The translations under genes were made by a program, and so were the position numbers. Below, piece by piece: positions 57,814 to 64,000 of a DNA stretch of 64,000 bases. Source of the stretch: Macrostomum hystrix (taxonomy: Eukaryota > Animalia > Platyhelminthes); NCBI GenBank assembly GCA_950097015.1, contig CATNEN010000005.1, forward strand, positions 558,001-622,000, in the 5' to 3' direction. Within the stretch, counting starts at the first letter, position 1, and each line of letters begins with the position of its first letter. The notes below the pieces were generated by a model. That model was given only the letters and a program-made list of their open reading frames with translations, ran no database searches and was not told the origin of the DNA.

Positions 57814-59151
57814 ATGGGTGTTGACATCTGCCACAAGAACGATCGCAAGGTTCGCCGCACCAACCCAAAGTCGGACGATGTCTACCTGCGCCTGCTAGTG
57901 AAGCTCTACCGTTTCTTGGCGCGTCGCACCGGCGCCAAGTTTAACAAGATCGTCCTGCGACGCCTGTTTATGAGCCGAGCTAATCGCGGCCCCCTATCCT
58001 TGGCCCGGCTTGGCCGAATGCTGCGCAAGCCGAATCGCGAGGGTCGCATTGTCGTCACGGTTGGCACGGTTACTAACGACTCTAGAGTGCAGACAATTCC
58101 AAAGGTTTGTGCCTATTGTTGTACTCTTCAAGACAACGCGGTTTTTATATTTCACTGCAGTTGGAAAATCTACTTTAGTCTGCACTGACCAATTGACCGA
58201 TAATGCTTAATAAAAAAATATTTCGAAATAAGCACCACGGACGATCTAGTCTATTAACAGTAGCCAGCATGCAGGTTCATAAACTTGTTAAGAACTGCGC
58301 ATCAAAGGGTGGCCCTAAGAAGGGCCGTTTTAGCAAGTAACTTTTTGTTTCTGCGTTGCGAATTTTTTTTTATTTTACATGATTCTAATAACTGAAACAC
58401 AATGTTATTTTTACGAGGATAAGAGTATAAGATAAGATAAGGATAAGGATAAGAGGATAATCTTGGGTATTGTATTTTCCCTATTTATATGAGAGGATAT
58501 CTTGTGTTTTTACTGCCGATTTCCATCAGGAGTATCAGACTCATAGATAAAAATGAGATAGTGTGTTTTTCCCTATTCGCATCAGAAGAATCTCTGGTAT
58601 TTTCCTTCTTTCCATCTGATGTGTTCAACCTATTTCTTTCGGGGGATAACTAAGGTATTTTCCGAATTTCGATATTCACTTAGGATATATCGGGATATTA
58701 GAGTATGTCAGCGATATTTTTCTATTCTGCTGTCTCTGACATTATCATTTTGCTTAGACTCATATTTTTTTGGTTTCTCAGTTAGAATTATATTAAAAAA
58801 TCCTTGCATGCTACTTAAAATAAAACTCATAGTAGTAGTATAATGTAGTTTTCTTAAATTGCTTGTATATGCCATCAGGTGACTCTGTGCGCCCTGCGCG
58901 TCACCGAGAAGGCCCGAGCTCGCCTCCTAGCAGCCGGCGGCGAGATCATCACCTTTGACGAGCTGGCCCGCCGGGCGCCCAAAGGCCAGAACACCCTGCT
59001 AGTCCAGGGCACTCGCAAGCGCGCCGCCCAGCGCCATTTCGGCCGGCCGCCCGGCGTGCCGCACTCGCACACCAAGCCGGTGGTGCGCTCCAAGGGACGC
59101 AAGTTTGAGAAGGCTCGCGGTCGCAGGGCCTCTCGCGGCTACACTAACTAA
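57814..59151 (+). CDS. RPL18: 60S ribosomal protein L18 (eL18), exons 57814-58104 and 58879-59151
   Basis: [39 protein letters not shown]...; ...[27 protein letters not shown]; 187 aa; phase-0 GT-AG intron. Confidence 0.98.
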
Positions 59152-59391
59152 CTGACTGTGCGAAGCTGGAATTAATTGAGACGAACACACACAATGAGTC
59201 TAAATTGTTAGGCACAGTTGTCTGTTATTAAACGAGATAAGATCATTGTTTAAATGATTGACACCTACTTGTGTGTCAAGTGGATTAAAAAATGTCTATC
59301 GATTTCATTGGTCTTTGATTTTTTTGATAAAACGCAATTTACTTATTGATAATATTTCTTGCAGTCAGGCTGCTGTAGGGCACATCATTTA

Positions 59392-59751
59392 GGGGTAAGT
59401 GGCCGAGCGGTTAACGCGTTTGACTCTCGCCACCAAGGTCCCTGAGCGTGATTCTGCGGCGAGGCCAAGTTTATTTGGGACGCGGCCGCGAAGAGAAGGC
59501 TTGGGGGCTTGTCGTGCAGTTTACGCATTTTAGGGCCAACCTGCAAGGCACAGTGAGAGTGTACACTGCCTGACGATTAGAAAGTCAGGGCAGATGTTCA
59601 CACCAGTGTGAGCGTGTGCCTGCGTACAGTATCTGTGTGCGTGTGTGCTCAGGAGTCAGCGAAATGGACAGACTTGCCTCCTCGCTGGCTGCGGGTCTAG
59701 TGTCACCAAATGATGTGTCATTGCCAACAGTCCTCCGGCAGTTATTATTAT
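59392..59751 (+). mobile_element. Near full-length tRNA-headed SINE
   Basis: A box TGGCCGAGCGG, degenerate B box, body shared with 8480-8712 and 15765-15955, (TTA)n tail. An inverted tRNA-like head (GTTCGATTC) follows at ~59765-59825. Confidence 0.82.
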
Positions 59752-60153
59752 GGCAAATTTGCTTATTGTGGCCTCAGAATCGAACTCCCGACCTCTTGGT
59801 TAGGCACACTCATTAATGGCTAATTAATTTTTTGTAGAAAGAAAAAAATGTCTTCAGTTATCATGAATATGGTGTTAGAAAAATTGGCTAACAGACCTCA
59901 TCTGACAATATGTCCCAAACAGACTGTACTAGCTGCATGACAGCAAATAGTTATTTACTTGGAAATTTAAGGGCGGATTTGGTCTCCGTTCAAATCTGTT
60001 CAAATAGTTTGCTACAAGAAGAGAAAATGAACGCAGTCTTATCAAGCTGATAAAAGCCTGCGTAGCTTTATGCAGAGAACAGAAAAAGACAGCGATATAA
60101 TAAACAGAAAATTTTTTTTGCCTTGAGAAGATCAAATTGAGCTTTTAACAATT

Positions 60154-63100
60154 ATGTCTGGTTATAGAAAACTAGCTGAATCTACAACAGAAACAGCTGC
60201 AACAAGTACATATAACTTCAACTTTTCTGCAACAAAGTCAATTAGGTCATTCTTTGCATCCAGTAGAGCTTCGAGTAATTCAGCACTGATTGGTCTTCAC
60301 ACCGGTTCCCTGCTGTTCGTCGGATTCATCTGGTCGGTGCTGATTGGCGCCGGTGTCCGATGCCGCAGTCCATTGTCGGCTGATGTGCAGCACAGCCTGC
60401 CATCTGACTATGGAGATAAGCAGCAAATGCACTGGCTGGCTTGCAGTCACGGCATTGTAGTGTTCCTGTTTGTGCCGCTGTGGTCTGGTCTTATTGATCT
60501 GTTGAAGGTCTGTCCTCTTAGACTCTTGATTGTCATGTGTTAGACTCTTGATTGTCACCTGTTCGACTCTTGATTGTTATCTGTTAGACTCTTGATTGTA
60601 ACCTGTTAGACTCTTGATTGTCACCTGTTAGACTCTTGATTGTCACCTGTTAGACTCTTGATTGTTATCTGTTAGACTCTTGATTGTAACCTGTTAGACT
60701 CTTGATTGTCACCTGTTAGACTCTTGATTGTCATCTGTTAGACTTAAGATTAGTCACCTGTTAGACTCTAAATAGTCATCTGTTAGACTCTTGATTTTCA
60801 CCTGTTAGACTCTTGATTGTCATCTGTTAGACTCTTGATTGTCACCTGTTCGACTCATGATTGTTATCTGTTAGACTCTTGATTGTAACCTGTTAGACTC
60901 TTGATTGTCACCTGTTAGACTCTTGATTGTCACCTGTTAGACTCTTGATTGTCATCTGTTAGACTTAAGATTAGTCACCTGTTAGACTCTAAATAGTCAT
61001 CTGTTAGACTCTTGATTTTCACCTGTTAGACTCTTGATTGTCATCTGTTAGACTCTTGATTGTCATCTGTTAGACTCTTGATTGTCATCTGTTAGACTTA
61101 AGATTAGTCACCTATTAGACTCTAAATTATTCACCTATTAGACTCTAAATTAATCAATTAGACTCTAAATTAGTCACCTATTAGACTCTAAATTACTCAC
61201 CTAATAGACTCTAAATTAGTCACCTATTAGACTCTAAATTAATCAATTAGACTCTAAATTAGTCACCTATTAGACTCAATTAGTCACCTATTAGACTCTA
61301 AATTAGTCACCTATTAGACTCTAAATTAATCAATCAAACTCTAAATTAGTCACCTATTAGACTCAATTAGTCACCTATTAGACTCTAAATTAGTCACCTA
61401 TTAGACTCAATTAGTCACCTATTAGACTCTAAATTAGTCACCTATTAGACTCTAAATTAGTCACCTATTAGACTTAATTAGTCACCTATTAGACTCTAAA
61501 TTAGTCACCTATTAGACTCAATTAGTCACCTATTAGATTCTAAATTAGTCACCTATTAGAATCAATTAGTCACCTATTAGACTCTAAATTAGTCACCTAT
61601 TAGACTCAATTAGTCACCTATTAGACTCTAAATTAGTCACCTATTAGACTCTAAATTAATCAATTAGACTCTAAATTAGTCACCTATTAGACTCAATTAG
61701 TCACCTATTAGACTCTAAATTAGTCACCTATTAGACTCAATTAGTCACCTATTAGACTCTAAATTAATCAATTAGACTCTAAATTAGTCACCTATTAGAC
61801 TCAATTAGTCACCTATTAGACTCTAAATTAGTCACCTATTAGACTCAATTAGTCACCTATTAGACTCTAAATTAGTCACCTATTAGACTCTAAATTAATC
61901 AATTAGACTCTAAATTTGTCACCTATTAGACTCTAAATTAATCAATTAGACTCTAAATCAGTCACCTATTAGACTCAATTAGTCACCTATTAGACTCTAA
62001 ATTAGTCACCTATTAGACTCTAAATTAGTCACCTATTAGACTCTAAATTAGTCACCTATTAGACTCAATTAGTCACCTATTAGACTCTAAATTAGTCACC
62101 TATTAGACTCAATTAGTCACCTATTAGACTCTAAATTAATCAATTAGACTCTAAATTAGTCACCTATTAGACTCAATTAGTCACCTATTAGACTCTAAAT
62201 TAGTCACCTATTAGACTCAATTAGTCACCTATTAGACTCTAAATTAGTCACCTATTAGACTCTAAATTAATCAATTAGACTCTAAATTTGTCACCTATTA
62301 GACTCTAAATTAATCAATTAGACTCTAAATCAGTCACCTATTAGACTCAATTAGTCACCTATTAGACTCTAAATTAGTCACCTATTAGACTCTAAATTAG
62401 TCACCTATTAGACTCTAAATTAGTCACCTATTAGACTCTAAATTAGTCACATGTTAGAATCTAATTTGGTCACCAGTTAGAATCTTGATTGCCACCTGTT
62501 CGACTCTAAATTTGTCACCAGTTAGACTCAAGATGGTTACCTGTTGGACTCTAAATCGTCACCTTGTTAGACTCCATTGATAGTCACGTGTTGGACACTA
62601 GATAGTCACATTTCAGACTCTTGATAGTAATATGTTATCTGTTAGATAAAATTTATTGTCACATTTTAGATACTCGATTTGTAATTACCTGTTAGACACA
62701 GTTAATAGTCACCTGTTATACTCTTGACAGTCACCTGTTAGACACCGTTATTAGTCTCCTGTTATACCCAGATATTCACCTGTTAGACACCTGTCTAATA
62801 GTCACCTGTGTGACACCGGATAAATTATCCATAAAATTACAATTTCTCTAATTTAGCAAGCTTTTTTGCTTACCTGTCGGAAATATCGTGAACTATAAAT
62901 ATTACAACAGGTGAGCTATCGACTATGCTCATTGGCTGTGGGCCTATTAGCCCTGATTTCCTGCGTCCTGTCCGCCGGACTGCAGGACCCGGGTCATTTA
63001 GTCCTAACTGACGCTGTCATGTCTGGCACGGCCAGTTCCATCGCTCTGGCCATCCTGATCCTACTAATTGACGACCACTTCCCCGAGGATTCTAAGCTTC

Positions 63101-64000
63101 GAGTCCTGGCGACCACCTGCGTGCAGGGCAACTCGGTGGCCACTTTCTATCTGGTTGCGCGATTCGCTGATTGGCTGCCGAGTGTCGGCTGGCGCGGCGC
63201 TTTCTATTGGCTGGGAGGCTGCCATTGCGCATTGGCGCTGACCGGGTCGGTTCTGTTCTCTCGGCGACCTGACCGACGATGGTGCCGGAGACAGGCGTCG
63301 ACATCCGCGTCTGCTAGCGATGAAGACTTTCAGAGGACTGAAGAGTCCAGTGTGATTGACAAGATTCGAGAAAGCGGCGACTGGTCAAATAGACTGCTGA
63401 GCTTGTCGCAGGTGAGATTCCATGAACCACGAACAGAGTTTCATGATCCTGAAGTTTCATGATCCTGAAGTTTCATTATCCTGAAGTTTCATTATCCTGA
63501 AGTTTCATTATCCTGAAGTTTCATTATCCTGAAGTTTCATTATCCTGAAGTTTCATTATCCTGAAGTTTCATGATCCTAAAGTTTCATGATCCTAAAGTT
63601 TCATGATCCTAAAGTTTCATGATCCTGAAGTTTCACTTCCCTGAAGTTTCACTTCCCTGAAGTTTCACTTCCCTGAAGTTTCACTTCCCTGAAGTTTCAC
63701 TTCCCTGAAGTTTCACTTCCCTGAAGTTTCACTTCCCTGAAGTTTCACTTCCCTGAAGTTTCACTTCCCTGAAGTTTCAATTCCCCAAAGTTTCACTTCC
63801 CTGAAGTTTCACTTCCCTGAAGTTTCACTTCCCCAAAGTTTCACTTCCCTGAAGTTTCACTTCCCTGAAGTTTCACTTCCCTGAAGTCTCACTTCCCCTA
63901 ACAAGATTGAGAACGTCAATTGCAGGCGGATTTTGATCAGAGTGGCACTGTACTACTCTGGCTGCTTGAGCGGCTAATCGCGGCGCTTATCTCAGATGGA
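60154..64000 (+). CDS. MFS transporter, SLC16/monocarboxylate-like (exons 60154-60507, 62911-63411, 63926->64000; continues past the window)
   Basis: Multiple TM segments, VPLWSGLIDLLKVSYR (MFS loop 2-3 motif), IDDHFP, VGWRGAFYWLGG; phase-0 GT-AG junctions. Confidence 0.72.
60520..62810. repeat. 2.3-kb 21-23-bp minisatellite in MFS intron 1
   Basis: TTAGACTCTTGATTGTCACCTG grading into TTAGACTCTAAATTAGTCACCTA. Confidence 0.96.
63435..63895. repeat. 16-bp minisatellite in MFS intron 2
   Basis: CTGAAGTTTCATTATC grading into CTGAAGTTTCACTTCC. Confidence 0.93.

Noticed and set aside
59565-59600. CTGACGA...GAAA looks like a hammerhead ribozyme core in the SINE
   Set aside because: Only TTA between CTGACGA and GAAA, no stem II/III geometry, and the motif is not conserved in the other copies; better explained as a simple hairpin

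Overview
Eukaryotic (animal) genomic DNA with spliceosomal GT-AG introns that are almost all inflated by private minisatellites. This architecture, a class I fumarase, and ATG-less exons behind splice acceptors suggest a free-living flatworm such as Macrostomum (inference; not checked against a database). Plus strand: last exon of a class I Fe-S fumarate hydratase, DCAF7 (4 exons), GABA-B receptor 1 (9 exons), RPL18 (2 coding exons) and the start of an SLC16-like MFS transporter. Minus strand: a DEG/ENaC channel and a co-oriented run of seven genes (LRRC14/PRAME-like, TIMM9, TM-type tRNase Z paralog A, RCE1, TM-type tRNase Z paralog B, CCS, and ADAT3 nested in CCS intron 2). Four conserved genes (DCAF7, ADAT3, RCE1, tRNase Z A) have no usable ATG and begin at a phase-0 AG acceptor, as expected if the 3'-terminal AUG of the flatworm spliced leader supplies the start codon in a trans-spliced operon. 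Mobile DNA: a 2.2-kb CACTA/EnSpm-type element (TIRs, GTG TSD, inverted subterminal arrays) carrying only a coiled-coil + BEN-like ORF, two MITEs, a tRNA-headed SINE family, a non-LTR RT fragment trapped in a minisatellite, and decayed IS630/Tc1, P-element (THAP) and Crypton remnants. Many ORFs in the supplied track are translation artefacts of tandem repeats. All family assignments come from motif recognition by eye.
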